DNA from: an uncultured Alphaproteobacteria bacterium
GTDB lineage: Bacteria > Pseudomonadota > Alphaproteobacteria > Rhizobiales > Beijerinckiaceae
Reading direction: 5' to 3'
DNA length: 64,000 nt
Assembly (NCBI GenBank): GCA_963816065.1
Contig: CAWFJG010000028.1
Location: 52,810 to 116,809 of the forward strand
The notes under the pieces were generated by a model. The model did not search any database. It was not told where the DNA came from and worked only from the letters and a program-made list of their open reading frames with translations. A program made the translations under genes and the position numbers. Shown here one piece after another: positions 33,012 through 44,011 of this stretch (positions are counted from its first letter, which is position 1; each line of letters opens with the position of its first letter).

Positions 33012-33170
33012 CTGCTTCTTGAGTGCGCGTGCAACGACTTTGCGCGCTGACGCCCGGAGACGGTGCGAAATCTCCGCGCACGCAGGGGGATCGTCTGGTA
33101 ATTCAACGAGATAGCCAAACCCAAGCGACAAGACAAGCAAAAGCGCTGATGACAGGTCCTTCGAAATCTG

Positions 33171-33188
33171 ATTGAATGCTCATTCAAT
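33171..33188. promoter_or_regulatory. Putative BetI operator (upstream of betB)
   Basis: ATTGAATGCTCATTCAAT, near-perfect palindrome 40 bp before the betB ATG. Confidence 0.8.
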
Positions 33189-33228
33189 TGTTGTCGCGAA
33201 CGCGACGGCGTCGGAGCAGGACTCGGGC

Positions 33229-34698
33229 ATGATCGAAAGCCGGAGCTATCGGCCCTTCATCGGCGGAAAATTTGCAAGGCCCGCGGGGCGCCGATCCTTT
33301 CGGTCGATCAACCCCGCAAATGGGGAGGTCCTTGCCGAGGTCGAGCACGCGACCCGCGAAGATCTCGAGGCGGCCGTTGAGTCCGCGGCGCGCGGCCAGG
33401 CGGTCTGGGGCCGGACGCCTGCCCGCGACCGCGGTCGCGTTCTTCAGCGGGCGGTTGCGCTGCTTCGTGCGCGCAACGACGAGCTCGCACGCCTGGAAAC
33501 GCTCGACACCGGCAAGCCGATCGCCGAGACGCGGGCGGTGGACATCGTCACCGGAGCGGACGTCCTCGAATATTACGCCGGGTTGGCTCCTTCGCTCGAG
33601 GGCCGTCAGATCCCTTTACGGGAGACGTCCTTCGTCTATACGCGGAGAGAACCGCTTGGCGTCGTCGCGGGGGTCGGCGCCTGGAACTATCCGATCCAGA
33701 TTGCGCTCTGGAAATCGGCTCCCGCTCTTGCCGCTGGCAATGCGATGATCTTCAAACCCAGCGAGATCGCCCCGCTGTCCGCGTTCAAGCTGGCCGAGAT
33801 TTACGCCGAAGCGGGCCTGCCTGACGGCGTCTTCAATGTGCTCCCGGGCTTGGGCGCGGAAGTCGGTGCGTGGCTCACTGGGCATCCGCGGGTCGCGAAG
33901 GTGTCCTTCACGGGAGGCTCGGCGACCGGGGAAAAGGTCTTGGCCAGAGCCGCCAGTTCGACGCTGAAGGACGTAACGCTGGAACTCGGCGGCAAATCGC
34001 CCTTGATCGTTCTGGACGACGCCGATCTCGACCGCGCTGCCGACATCGCTATGGCCGCCAATTTCTTCAGCTCCGGCCAAGTCTGCACGAATGGAACGCG
34101 CGTCTTTGTGCCGGCTTCGGTCAGGAACGCGTTCGAGAGTCGGATTTTGGAGCGTGTCGCCCGGATCCGCTGCGGCGACCCGCTCGACGAGGCGACGAAT
34201 TTCGGGCCGCTCGCCAGCTTTGCGCATATGGAGAAGGTGCTCGGCTACATCCGTTCCGGCGTAGAGGAAGGGGCGCGCCTAATCGCGGGCGGCGGGCGCC
34301 TCGGCGGCGCGTTTGCCGCCGGGGCCTATGTGGCGCCAACCGTCTTCACCGACTGCGCCGACGGCATGGCGATTGTTCGCGACGAGATCTTCGGTCCCGT
34401 CATGAGCATCCTCCCCTACGAGGCCGAGGAGGAGGCGCTTGCGAGGGCCAACGCCACCAGCTACGGCCTCGCCGCCGGAGTCGTGACCGGGCGGCTCGAC
34501 CGCGCCCACCGGCTCGCTCATGCGCTCGAGTCGGGCATCTGCTGGATCAACACCTGGGGCAAGTCGCCGCCGGAGATGCCGGTCGGCGGATACAAGCAAT
34601 CGGGCCTGGGGCGCGAGAACGGCGTCGAGACGCTTGAGCGCTACACGCGCGTCAAGTCGATCCAGGTCGAACTCGCGGACTTCGCCCCCGTCTTCTGA
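33229..34698 (+). CDS. betB: Betaine aldehyde dehydrogenase
   Basis: [21 protein letters not shown] (Glu), [12 protein letters not shown] (Cys), EIFGPV. Confidence 0.95.
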   Translation: MIESRSYRPFIGGKFARPAGRRSFRSINPANGEVLAEVEHATREDLEAAVESAARGQAVWGRTPARDRGRVLQRAVALLRARNDELARLETLDTGKPIAETRAVDIVTGADVLEYYAGLAPSLEGRQIPLRETSFVYTRREPLGVVAGVGAWNYPIQIALWKSAPALAAGNAMIFKPSEIAPLSAFKLAEIYAEAGLPDGVFNVLPGLGAEVGAWLTGHPRVAKVSFTGGSATGEKVLARAASSTLKDVTLELGGKSPLIVLDDADLDRAADIAMAANFFSSGQVCTNGTRVFVPASVRNAFESRILERVARIRCGDPLDEATNFGPLASFAHMEKVLGYIRSGVEEGARLIAGGGRLGGAFAAGAYVAPTVFTDCADGMAIVRDEIFGPVMSILPYEAEEEALARANATSYGLAAGVVTGRLDRAHRLAHALESGICWINTWGKSPPEMPVGGYKQSGLGRENGVETLERYTRVKSIQVELADFAPVF

Positions 34699-34733
34699 AC
34701 GCAGGGCCTCGCGCCAATTTCGGAACGCCAACC

Positions 34734-36440
34734 ATGACGCGGGAATATGACTTCATTATCGTCGGGGCGGGTTCAGCCGGGAATGTGCTGGCCGCGCGGC
34801 TCACTGAAGACGCCGATGTGCGCGTTCTTCTGCTCGAGGCCGGTGGGCCCGACTATCGTTTCGATTTCCGCACCCAGATGCCCGCGGCGCTCGCCTACCC
34901 GCTTCAGGGCCGACGCTACAACTGGGCGTATGTCACGGATCCCGAGCCGTATATGAACGACCGGCGCATGGAATGCGCCAGAGGCAAAGGCCTCGGGGGC
35001 TCATCGCTGATCAACGGCATGTGCTATATCCGAGGCAACCCGCTCGATTACGACAACTGGGCCCAACTCCCTGGGCTCTCAGACTGGACCTACTCCGACT
35101 GCCTGCCCTACTTTCGCAAAGCGGAGGCCCGCGATGTCGGACCGGACGCCTATCACGGAGGCGATGGGCCGCTCAGTGTCGCCACGGCCAAACCCGGCCG
35201 CAACGTCTTGTACGAGGCCTTGATCGAGGCGGGTGTGCAGGCCGGCTACCCTCGCACCTCCGACCTGAACGGTTATCAGCAGGAAGGGTTCGGGCCGATG
35301 GACCGGAGCGTCACGCGCGGCGGCCGGCGGTCGAGCACCGCCCGAGGTTACCTCGACCAGGCCCGCGAGCGACGGAACCTCGCCATCGTCACGCACGCGC
35401 TCACCGACCGCATTATGTTCGAGGGCCGACGCGCGATCGGCGTCGCCTATTCCGCGAGGGGGAGCCGGGAGACCATCATTGCGCGGGCGCGTCGGGAGGT
35501 CTTGGTCTGTTCCGGCGCGATCGCCTCGCCGCAGCTTCTGCAGCGCTCCGGCGTCGGTCCGGCGGATTGGTTGCGGCGCATCGACGTGCCCGTCGTTCTC
35601 GACCTGCCTGGAGTTGGCGAGAATCTGCAGGACCACCTCGAGATCTACATGCAGTACGAGTGCGTGCAGCCGGTCTCGCTGGCTTACGCCCTCAAGCCCT
35701 GGAACCAGCCAGCCATCGGCGCGCAATGGCTTTTCAGGGGGACAGGCGTCGGGTCCAGCAACCAGTTCGAGGCAGGCGGCTTCATACGCTCCGGTCCCGA
35801 CTTCGCTTGGCCGAACCTGCAATACCATTTCCTGCCGCTGGCGATCAATTACAACGGCAGCAAAGCCGTGAAATCCCACGGTTTTCAGGCGCACGTCGGC
35901 TCGATGCGCTCGCCGAGCCGCGGCCGGGTCCGGTTGACGTCGCGCGATCCGCGCATCCATCCGAGCGTCCTCTTCAACTACATGCAGACCGACCAGGACT
36001 GGCGCGAGTTTCGGGACGCCATTCAAATCACGCGCGAAATCGTGGCGCAACCGGCTCTCGACCCCTACCGGGGCCGCGAGATCAGCCCGGGCGCGGCGGC
36101 TCGGACCGACGCGGAATTGGACGATTTCGTCCGCGCCCATGCCGAAACCGCCTTCCATCCGTCCTGCTCCTGCAGGATGGGAGAGGATGCGCTGGCGGTG
36201 GTGGACGGCCAGGGTCGCGTGCACGGCCTTGAAGCGCTGAGAATCGTCGACGCTTCGATCATGCCTCTGATCATAACCGGCAACCTCAATGCGCCAACGA
36301 TCATGCTGGCGGAGAAGATCGCCGACGGTATTCGCGGTCGTGCGCCGCTGCCGCGCAGCGACGCGCCCTACTATGTTGCAGCGGACAAACCCACGCGTCG
36401 GAACCCCGCTCGAGAAGTTGAGAGCGAGATAGTAGACTAA
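34734..36440 (+). CDS. betA: Choline dehydrogenase (GMC oxidoreductase)
   Basis: [45 protein letters not shown]. Confidence 0.95.
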   Translation: MTREYDFIIVGAGSAGNVLAARLTEDADVRVLLLEAGGPDYRFDFRTQMPAALAYPLQGRRYNWAYVTDPEPYMNDRRMECARGKGLGGSSLINGMCYIRGNPLDYDNWAQLPGLSDWTYSDCLPYFRKAEARDVGPDAYHGGDGPLSVATAKPGRNVLYEALIEAGVQAGYPRTSDLNGYQQEGFGPMDRSVTRGGRRSSTARGYLDQARERRNLAIVTHALTDRIMFEGRRAIGVAYSARGSRETIIARARREVLVCSGAIASPQLLQRSGVGPADWLRRIDVPVVLDLPGVGENLQDHLEIYMQYECVQPVSLAYALKPWNQPAIGAQWLFRGTGVGSSNQFEAGGFIRSGPDFAWPNLQYHFLPLAINYNGSKAVKSHGFQAHVGSMRSPSRGRVRLTSRDPRIHPSVLFNYMQTDQDWREFRDAIQITREIVAQPALDPYRGREISPGAAARTDAELDDFVRAHAETAFHPSCSCRMGEDALAVVDGQGRVHGLEALRIVDASIMPLIITGNLNAPTIMLAEKIADGIRGRAPLPRSDAPYYVAADKPTRRNPAREVESEIVD

Positions 36441-36527
36441 GTTGGCGTCGGTTCTTTGGCGCCAATACGATCGCAATAGGCGTGGAGTTCGAACGCCGCT
36501 TCATATCGAGGGCTCACAGAGGACGCC

Positions 36528-36872
36528 ATGAACAATATCCTCAACACCTACGCGGCGCTAGGTGTCGCAATCGTCCTTGAAGTCGCGGGCACGACGTTTT
36601 TACAGTTATCGGAGCAACTGACCAGGTTGCTACCGACCTGCGTCATGGGTCTGTGTTATATCGCCAGCTTTTACTTTCTCTCTCTCGCCTTGAGAGCGAT
36701 GCCTATCGGACTGGCCTACGCGATCTGGAGCGGTCTTGAAATCGTACTGATTTCGATCATCGGCTACGTGAAATTCCGTCAAGCGCTCGATACGCCGGCA
36801 TTGGTCGGCGTCGGTCTCATCGTCGCCGGCGTCGCGATCGTGAACGTATTCTCGAAGTCTATCGTCCACTGA
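36528..36872 (+). CDS. SMR-family (EmrE/QacE-like) efflux transporter
   Basis: Four TM helices, AIVLEVAGT conserved Glu, PIGLAYAIWSG. Confidence 0.9.
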   Translation: MNNILNTYAALGVAIVLEVAGTTFLQLSEQLTRLLPTCVMGLCYIASFYFLSLALRAMPIGLAYAIWSGLEIVLISIIGYVKFRQALDTPALVGVGLIVAGVAIVNVFSKSIVH

Positions 36873-37053
36873 GCCGCCGCTGCTCTGGCCTCTCGTTGCG
36901 GCGAGAGCCAATCGCCGGCGCGGTCACACTCGGCAGCGCGAAAATCGCCGATGCCGGCGAGCCAAATGGCTCCGGCAGTCGCGCTTATGCGCATCTGCAT
37001 CCTATTCCGTCGCGAGGCAGAGCGCTCTTCGGGTTGGCGGGCGCGCAACCTGA

Positions 37054-37986
37054 AAGTCTGACTCGAAAGTTCATGCGGGATTGCAGAGTTTTCGCAGCAT
37101 GAGGCGGATAGAGGCGAAACGCAGGAACGTGAGGGCTGTGAGGTTGAGGTTCTCCCAATCCTTGGCGAGCCTTCGGCAGCGGTTGAGCCAGGCGATCGTT
37201 CGCTCGACGATGCAACGCTTGGGCAGCTTGACAAACCCCTTCGCCTGATCGGATCGTTTGACGATGTCTATCTTGAGGTGAGCCAAAATCTTGGCGACCG
37301 CTTCGGCGAAGATCGGCCCTTGGTACGCGGCGTCGGCGAACAGTTTTTCAAGATAGGGGAAGCGGCCGAGCACCGTCGAAAGCAACAAAGCGCCGCCGTC
37401 GCGATCCTGGACGTCGGCGGAATGAACGATAGCCTGCATCAGCAGCCCTTGGGTGTCGACGAGAAGGTGACGCTTCTTGCCCTTGATCTTCTTTCCCGCG
37501 TCGAACCCGTGCGGGTCAATCGAGGCCCCCCTTTTTCGGCGCTTTTCACGCTCTGGCTGTCGATGATGGCGACGGTTGGACTGGCCTCGCGTTCGGCCTG
37601 CTCGCGGCATTTTTCGTAAAGCGCGTCATGCACGCGATCCAGAACGCCATCAATGCCCCAGTCGTGAAAGTAACGATAGACGGTGCTGTGCGGCGGCAAA
37701 TCCTTGGGAAGATAACGCCATTGGCATCCGGTGCTCAGCACGTACATCACGGCGTTGAGCGCCTCACGCATGTTGGTTTCTCGTCTTCGGCCTCCCCGCC
37801 TCGCTGGAGGAATGAGCGGTTCGACATGCGCCCACTCCTCGTCCGTCAGATCGCTCGGGTATCGCAGATGATCGCGCTTGTATTTCGCCCGGTTCTTGTT
37901 CGTCCACATTGAAGGCCCCCGATTCGGTTCGCCGCCGATGAAATCACAACCAATTCGTGGGACTTAAGAACTTTCGGAACCGACAC
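37054..37986 (-). mobile_element. IS5-family insertion sequence with two-ORF frameshifted transposase (37439-37909 and 37071-37610)
   Basis: YPSDLTDEEW, TGCQWRYLP, IIDSQSVK, GKKIKGKKRH, DAAYQG, IVERTIAW; slippery GAAAAAGGGGGG near 37526-37537; imperfect TIRs sharing CGAAAGTTC. Confidence 0.9.
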
Positions 37987-38666
37987 TAAGACGCAGACAC
38001 GCCCATGACGTCCTCGCAGGCCTTCGCCAGTTCGTCGAAATGCGAGATCACCCGGTCCGGGCCGAGCTCGGTGACGGGGACGTCGGTATAACCGAAATCG
38101 ACCGCGATCACCGGCAGGCCGGCGGCGCGCGCTGTTTTGATGTCGGTCACCGAATCGCCGACCACGATCGCGCGCTCGAGGCGTCCGCCCGCGGCCGCCA
38201 CCGTGCCGATCAGCGGCTTGGGATCGGGCTTGCCGACGCCGAAGGTGTCCTGGCCGCAGATGAAGGCGAAGCGGTCGGCGACGCCGAGCCGCTTCATCAG
38301 CATCCTGGCCGAGGCCTCCATCTTGTTGGTGCAGACCGCCTGCCGCCAGCCTGCCGCGGCGAACGCGTCGAGGGCGTTGAGCACGCCCGGGTAGAGCCGG
38401 GTCAGGACCGCGATATGCCCGTTGTAGTGGGCAAGGAAATCGCCAAATAGCATCTCGAGCCGCTCTGGGGAAAGCTCACGTTTCGAGGCAGCGAAGCCGC
38501 GTTGAATCAGTGCACGCCCGCCCGCTCCGAGCATCGAGCGGGCGTTCTCGACCGGCAGCGGCGCGAGCCCATCGCGCTCAAGCACGAAATTGAGCGCGCC
38601 CATGAGATCTCCCGCAGTATCGGCGAGCGTGCCGTCGAGATCGTAGACGATCGTGGGCGGGGTCAT
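37986..38666 (-). CDS. gph: Phosphoglycolate phosphatase (HAD family)
   Basis: YDLDGTLADT, CTNK, KPDP, VGDS..D. Confidence 0.88.
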   Translation of the reverse strand: MTPPTIVYDLDGTLADTAGDLMGALNFVLERDGLAPLPVENARSMLGAGGRALIQRGFAASKRELSPERLEMLFGDFLAHYNGHIAVLTRLYPGVLNALDAFAAAGWRQAVCTNKMEASARMLMKRLGVADRFAFICGQDTFGVGKPDPKPLIGTVAAAGGRLERAIVVGDSVTDIKTARAAGLPVIAVDFGYTDVPVTELGPDRVISHFDELAKACEDVMGVSAS

Positions 38667-38673
38667 CTTGTCC

Positions 38674-39493
38674 TCATGCCCAGAAGTTCGGCGCGGCTGG
38701 GGCGAGCAGGCCGCCGATCCGCACGGGCGCAATCGCCTTGGTCAGGCCATTGGCGGCCAGCTCGACGGCGACCCCGCAAAGCGTCGCGGGCCCGGACGCA
38801 GGTTCGAATCGTCCGGAGGGAATGCGGCGGGTGAAGCGCCGCAGCGGTTCTTCCTTCTCCATGCCGATCACCGAATCGTAGTCGCCGGTCATGCCGACAT
38901 CGGTGACGAAGCCCGTTCCGCGACCGAGAATCCGATGATCGGCGCTCGGCACATGGGTGTGCGTGCCAGCGACGAGGCTCGCCCGCCCGTCGGCGTAGTG
39001 GCCGAGCGCCCATTTCTCGCTGGTCGCTTCGGCGTGTACGTCGACGACGGCTGCGTGGCAGGCCTCGCCGAGCGGATGGGCCGAAAGCTCACGGTCGAGT
39101 CCGGCGAATGGGTCGTCGAGCGCCTCCATGAAGATCCGCCCGAGCACGTTGACGACGAGCAGACGTGCGCCGCTGGCGCTCTCAACGATCGTCGAGCCCC
39201 TTCCGGGGGTGCCGGGAGGGTAGTTGGCTGGGCGGACGAGGCGGGACTGACGCTCGATGAACACGAGAGCCTCGCGCTGGTCGAAGGCGTGGTTGCCAAG
39301 CGTAACGGCGTCGACGCCCGCGGTGAGGAACTCTTCGAAGATCGCCTCGGTGAGGCCGAAATCCGCCGGCGGCGTTCTCGCCGTTGATGACGATGAAATC
39401 GAGCTTCCAACGCGCCCGCAACAGCGGCGCCTGCTGAATGACCGCCGCGCGACCGGAACGCCCGACGACGTCGCCCACAAACAGGAGCCGCAT
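38674..39493 (-). CDS. TIGR00282/YmdB-like metallophosphoesterase; +1 frameshift near 39360
   Basis: MRLLFVGDVVG, NGENAAGG/FG, GNHAFD, DVHAEATSEK, GTHTH. Confidence 0.88.
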
Positions 39494-40081
39494 TCAGCGC
39501 TCGCTTATGAAGATGGTTTCCCGTTCCGTCACAATCGCGTCCAGGGTCTGATCATGCGCCTCATAAGGCACGGCGGCGACTTCGCAAACCCCATACGCGA
39601 CGCCGACCGCCCGGATTGTCTTCATCGCCCTCAGGCGCTCGAGCGTCCGGTCGTAGTATCCTGCGCCGTAGCCGATGCGCCGGCCGCGCCGGTCATAGCA
39701 GGCAAGCGGTATGAACAGAAGATCCGGATCGACCAGTGGGGCCCCTTGCAGCGGTTCTGGAATTCCCATCGGACCGAGCGCGGTCGGGTCGCCCGGTCGC
39801 CACACACGGAAATCGAGGTGGGTTTCGCGCCCCCGCACCAATGGCAGGGCGACCCTGAACTCCCGTTCGGCCAGCGCGCCGAGCAGCGCGAGCGCGTCCG
39901 GCTCCTGGCGGATCGGATGAAAGGCCGAGACCACCGCCGGCTTCCACATGCCCGCGAACCGCATCCCCTCACAGACAAGCCGCTCCGACAGCTTCGCCCG
40001 GACTTCGGGGGAGACCGCCCTACGGCGCGCCAGCGCGCTTCTGCGGAGCTCGGCCTTCAGTTCGGTATCGGTCGACGTCAA
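39494..40081 (-). CDS. ygfA: 5-formyltetrahydrofolate cyclo-ligase
   Basis: GIPEP, RIGYGAGYYDR, HD..LD.IVTE; lies downstream of the 6S RNA. Confidence 0.92.
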   Translation of the reverse strand: MTSTDTELKAELRRSALARRRAVSPEVRAKLSERLVCEGMRFAGMWKPAVVSAFHPIRQEPDALALLGALAEREFRVALPLVRGRETHLDFRVWRPGDPTALGPMGIPEPLQGAPLVDPDLLFIPLACYDRRGRRIGYGAGYYDRTLERLRAMKTIRAVGVAYGVCEVAAVPYEAHDQTLDAIVTERETIFISER

Positions 40082-40106
40082 AGGGAAGCGCCCATCTCAG
40101 CAGAAG

Positions 40107-40266
40107 CTCGCGGAGCCGAGACGGTCGTTGGACGGTTGATCCCGGGCGCCTACGTTAGTAGGTGGGCGCCGTGTGCCAAAGCCCACGGGCGAGGGCAGGG
40201 ACAGCTCCCATAGGGATCGTACGGCCCCGAGGAATGTTGTCCTGACGGACCACCCAGCTCCGCGAG
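40107..40266 (-). ncRNA. ssrS: 6S RNA
   Basis: About 160-nt rod with terminal stem CTCGCGGAGCTGGG/CTCGGCTCCGCGAG, alphaproteobacterial 6S-like core (CGGGGCC..., GGCGCCCACCTAC), immediately upstream of ygfA. Confidence 0.88.
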
Positions 40267-40306
40267 GCGCTAATGTAGGCGCTCGGGAGCCGGATGGCTA
40301 GACCGT

Positions 40307-40954
40307 TCATGCGCCGCGCCGCGCCACCGCCAGCGTCGCATAGCCGCGTCGCCAGGCCTGGGTCGACGATACGAGACCGCGCGCGGCCGCGAGCGCCCCC
40401 AGCGTCTCGCTCAGATCGTCGCGCGGGGTGACGTCGAAGGCGGCGAGCCAGCGGCGCAGCGCCGCCTTGAACGGGCTCGGCAACCCTGCGCAGTCGCCGA
40501 AATCGACGATGTGAAGCGCTCCGCCGGGGGCGACGACGTCGAGCGCACGCTCGAGCGCCTCGCGCCACGGCGGGATCATCGACAGGGCGTAGGAGATCAT
40601 CACCCGCTCGAAAGCGACGCGGCCGAACAGAGCGGCCGGATCGAAAGCGGCCGCATCGCCTTGGGCGACGGCGATGCGATCGGCGAGCCCGGCGCGACGG
40701 ATCGCCGTCTTGGCCGTATCGAGCATTTCGCGGGAAACGTCGAGCCCGAACAAGCGCGCGTCCGGATAGGCGCGGGCGGCTTTGATCAAGTTGCGCCCGG
40801 TGCCACAGCCGATCTCGAGCACGGCGTCGCCGGAACGGGGACCGAGGCGGGCGATCGCCTCGTCCCGGCCGATCAGATAATATTTGCGGCTCAGATCGTA
40901 GATGTGCCGCTGATGACGGTACATCCTGTCCATCAGCGCCGCGGCGTCGCTCAT
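40307..40954 (-). CDS. btaB: SAM-dependent DGHS N-trimethyltransferase (betaine lipid synthesis)
   Basis: MDRMYRHQRHIYDLSRKYYLIGRD, LEIGCGTGRNL, SYALSMIP, IVDFG. Confidence 0.88.
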   Translation of the reverse strand: MSDAAALMDRMYRHQRHIYDLSRKYYLIGRDEAIARLGPRSGDAVLEIGCGTGRNLIKAARAYPDARLFGLDVSREMLDTAKTAIRRAGLADRIAVAQGDAAAFDPAALFGRVAFERVMISYALSMIPPWREALERALDVVAPGGALHIVDFGDCAGLPSPFKAALRRWLAAFDVTPRDDLSETLGALAAARGLVSSTQAWRRGYATLAVARRGA

Positions 40955-40956
40955 TC

Positions 40957-42206
40957 TCAGGCGTCCTTCAGAGCATAGAGGTGGAAGTCCGCCGTAGATC
41001 GAGGAGCGATCCTGCCGGCCATATTTGCGGCTTGCCTCCTCGTCATAGCGCCAACGGCCGAGGACGGCCTCGGGCACGCGGCCGGGGAGCAGGCGTTCCT
41101 CCGCGGCGGTTCGGAAGATCACCCGTGCGCCGGGCCGCGCCGTGCGGGTGATCTCGGTCCAGAGCGCCGTCAGGTCGGCGTCGTTCATCCAGTCCTGCGC
41201 ATCGAGCAGCGCGTAGCGGTCGAAACGCCCTTCCGGCTCCTGGCTCAAGGTTTCGGTGAATGATGCGCTGGACGTAGCGCACGCGCCCGGCGCGGTTGCG
41301 AACGGCGTCGAAATGCTCGCGTTGCAGATACGGCGGCAGCGACGGGTCAGGCCCCGGCGCGTAGCGGCGTCCGAACGCCTGCCAGGCGAAGTAATTGTCA
41401 GCGACGGAGAAATCGCAGGCGAGCCGCTCGACCCGTTGGCTCAGCACGGCCCCGATGCCACGAGGCGAATCACCGGCCAGCGCCTTATATTGGGCCGGCG
41501 GAATGCCGAGCCCGTAAAGCGAGGCCGGCTGCTTCATCATCCAGCGAACCAGCGGCTTGTCGAAGATCGGCGCCAGCCGCTCTTCGTACAGCCGCCGCTG
41601 CTCGTCGAGTGAGCGCGCCTCGAGAATGACCGATGGGTCGACGCCATGCAGCCGTGCGAGCGCGTGCCCCGCGCCGAGGAAATGGCCGAGAAGCCCGTGG
41701 CGATAGAGGTTATGGGCGAAGACGCCGATGCGCCGCCGCCCGAACGCCCGCCGCTTGTCCCAGTAGGCCCGAGTAGTCGCATCGAGCTTTCCGCGCAGGA
41801 GCCGGTCGTACACGCCGACGTTCGCCCGCGCATCGGCGCGCCCGAAGAAGCGGAAGAAGGTGTCGTAGTCCGGGAGGTTTTCGAGCGCGCAGATTTTTAG
41901 CTGGCCGAGCGCGATGTGGGCGCCGTTGAGGTCGACCGCGGTGACGCCCGTCGGGTCTGCGGTCAAGTACGACAGCACGTTGCAGCCTCCGGAGGCGATC
42001 GCGATCACCTCGTGGCCCGGCCCGATCTCGAGCGCCTTCATATCCACGACCGGATCTTCCCAGATCTGCGGATAGACCAGCTTCGAGAACGCAAAGGTGA
42101 ACATGCGCTCGAGCACGCCGGCGCGCGTCAAGGGCCGAGCCCGGTGCACGGCGGCCTTGAGGCGGGCGTCGGTCGCCTTGCGAACCGCCTTGGTGGAGTG
42201 CCCCAA
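40957..42206 (-). CDS. btaA: SAM:diacylglycerol 3-amino-3-carboxypropyltransferase (DUF3419); +1 frameshifts near 41264 and 40988
   Basis: LVYPQIWEDP, IASGGCN, NYFAWQAFGRRY, LLDAQDWM, DRSSIYGG[FHLY]; start uncertain. Confidence 0.88.
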
Positions 42207-42652
42207 CGACTTCCCCCATCGCTTGATTTCGGATCGCGCCGCGCTAGCCGAGTCCCGTGACGGACGCATGACGTACGGGCCTCGACCACGGCGGAAGCGC
42301 TTCTCCCGCCGCGAACGGAGTCGCGCCGAAATCTTCGAAAGGGGGGCTGAAGAAAAAAGAGCGGATCGGCTGGGAGGGGGCCCGCCGATCCGCTAGCCAC
42401 GACAAGAGAACTTCGGTCCGACTTGGCGCTCGGGGGCTGGGGGGCAAGAAAACCGAGCTAACCGCGAACCGATCTTGCGCGGCACGACGCTAAGATGACC
42501 AATGCTTACGGCACTCGCTTGTTCGCTTCCTGGCCAAAACAAGGCATTACGCGTAACATTTGTGACAGCTTCGGCTTCCCAAAAACGGCCCTGGAAACCT
42601 TGGCTATTCTCTAGTTCGACCGCGATTTGCGGCCCTCGGCCGGGCGTTATTA

Positions 42653-44011
42653 CTAATCGCCCGGCGGCTTTGGCGGCGGCGTCGCGGGATCGGCTTTCGC
42701 GGCTTCGGTCTTTTTCGGCGCCGTCTTCCCGGTCGCCCTGACCGGTGCGCTGCGCCTCGCCGGCTTCAGGTGATGCTTGGGCTCCGCAGGCGGCGTCCGA
42801 ACGGCGCCCTCGAGCGCCCGCGGAGCGTTCGGCTCACCTGTCGCGCTCGCGTTCTCGACTGCGTCCGGCTGGACGCCCACATAGGCCTTGGCGGCCGATG
42901 GCGCATCGGCCACAGCCTCAGCCTTGCGTGGACCGAGAACCGGGCCGCTCCAGCCGGCGACCGGTCCGACGAACACCGGCACCGGGTCGAATTCTGGCCG
43001 CTCGTCGGAAAGCACGGTGCGCGTTGGGGCGCCGGACGCCGCGACCGCCGCGATGGCGCCGCCACCCCGGCCGCCCGAGCGTGACGTCGTCTCCTCGGTC
43101 GCGCCTTCCTCCTCCGCAGCGATCGCCGCGGCGCTGCGATGCAGGCAGACGTTGGCGCGCATATTGGGCGGACCGCCAGCGACGGACGCCAGCGAATTCA
43201 CCGAGCCTGACCCGCCGCCCATGGCGAAGCCGCGGTCGAACAGATCGGCCGCCTCCTGGTTGCGCAGCTTGGCCGAAGGCATGCCGAGGACGACGGCGAT
43301 CAGACGGCGGCCGTAATGGCTGGCCGTCGCCACGACGTTGAACCCTGCAGGGCAGGTGAACCCGGTCTTCATCCCGTCGGCGCCGGGATAGCGGCCGAGC
43401 AGACCGTTGTGGTTGCGTATGATCTGGGAGCCGAGTTGCAGTTCGCCGATGTCGAACAGGCTCGAGCGCTCGGGAAAGTCATGCAGCAGCGCTCGGGCGA
43501 TCATCGCCATGTCGCGCGCCGACGTGTAGTGCGCGGCGTTGTGCAGACCGTTCGGGTTGACGAAATGCGATTCGTGCAGGCCGATTTTCTGGGCGTCGGC
43601 GTTCATCTCCGCGGCGAAAGCCTCGACCGAGCCCGACACGCCCTCGGCGACCGTCACGGCGACGTCGTTTGGCGACTTCACCATCAACATCTTGAGGGCG
43701 TTGTCGAGCGTGACCTCGGAGCCGGGCTTGAAGCCCATCTTCGAAGGCTGCTGGCTCGCCGCGCGGGCCGAAACGACGAGCGGCGTGTCCATTGTCAACC
43801 GGCCGGCGCGCACCGCGTCGAGCGCGACATAGACCGTCATCAGCTTGGTCAGCGAAGCGGGATACCAAATCTCGGTCGCGTCATTCTGAAGCAGCACCTG
43901 ACCGCTATCGGCGTCGACGACAAGATAAGGGGTTGCGCAGGCCACGGATGCGGACAAGGCCAGCGCGGCGATTGCGCTCAGCCGACCGATCCAAGAAACG
44001 CCAAACGGCAT
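42653..44011 (-). CDS. D-alanyl-D-alanine carboxypeptidase (peptidase S11)
   Basis: PASLTKLMT (SxxK), SPN (SxN), KTG motifs; signal peptide. Confidence 0.9.
   Translation of the reverse strand: MPFGVSWIGRLSAIAALALSASVACATPYLVVDADSGQVLLQNDATEIWYPASLTKLMTVYVALDAVRAGRLTMDTPLVVSARAASQQPSKMGFKPGSEVTLDNALKMLMVKSPNDVAVTVAEGVSGSVEAFAAEMNADAQKIGLHESHFVNPNGLHNAAHYTSARDMAMIARALLHDFPERSSLFDIGELQLGSQIIRNHNGLLGRYPGADGMKTGFTCPAGFNVVATASHYGRRLIAVVLGMPSAKLRNQEAADLFDRGFAMGGGSGSVNSLASVAGGPPNMRANVCLHRSAAAIAAEEEGATEETTSRSGGRGGGAIAAVAASGAPTRTVLSDERPEFDPVPVFVGPVAGWSGPVLGPRKAEAVADAPSAAKAYVGVQPDAVENASATGEPNAPRALEGAVRTPPAEPKHHLKPARRSAPVRATGKTAPKKTEAAKADPATPPPKPPGD

Noticed and set aside
40307-41248. Apparent BtaA C-terminus-BtaB fusion ORF (313 aa)
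   Set aside because: Removing one base near 40988 restores the conserved SSIYGGFHLY end and a TGA at 40957-40959 just before the btaB ATG, so the fusion is an artefact
42545-42572. Full Pho box upstream of btaA
   Set aside because: Only one good half-site (CTGTCAC); the second repeat at 11-bp spacing is poor
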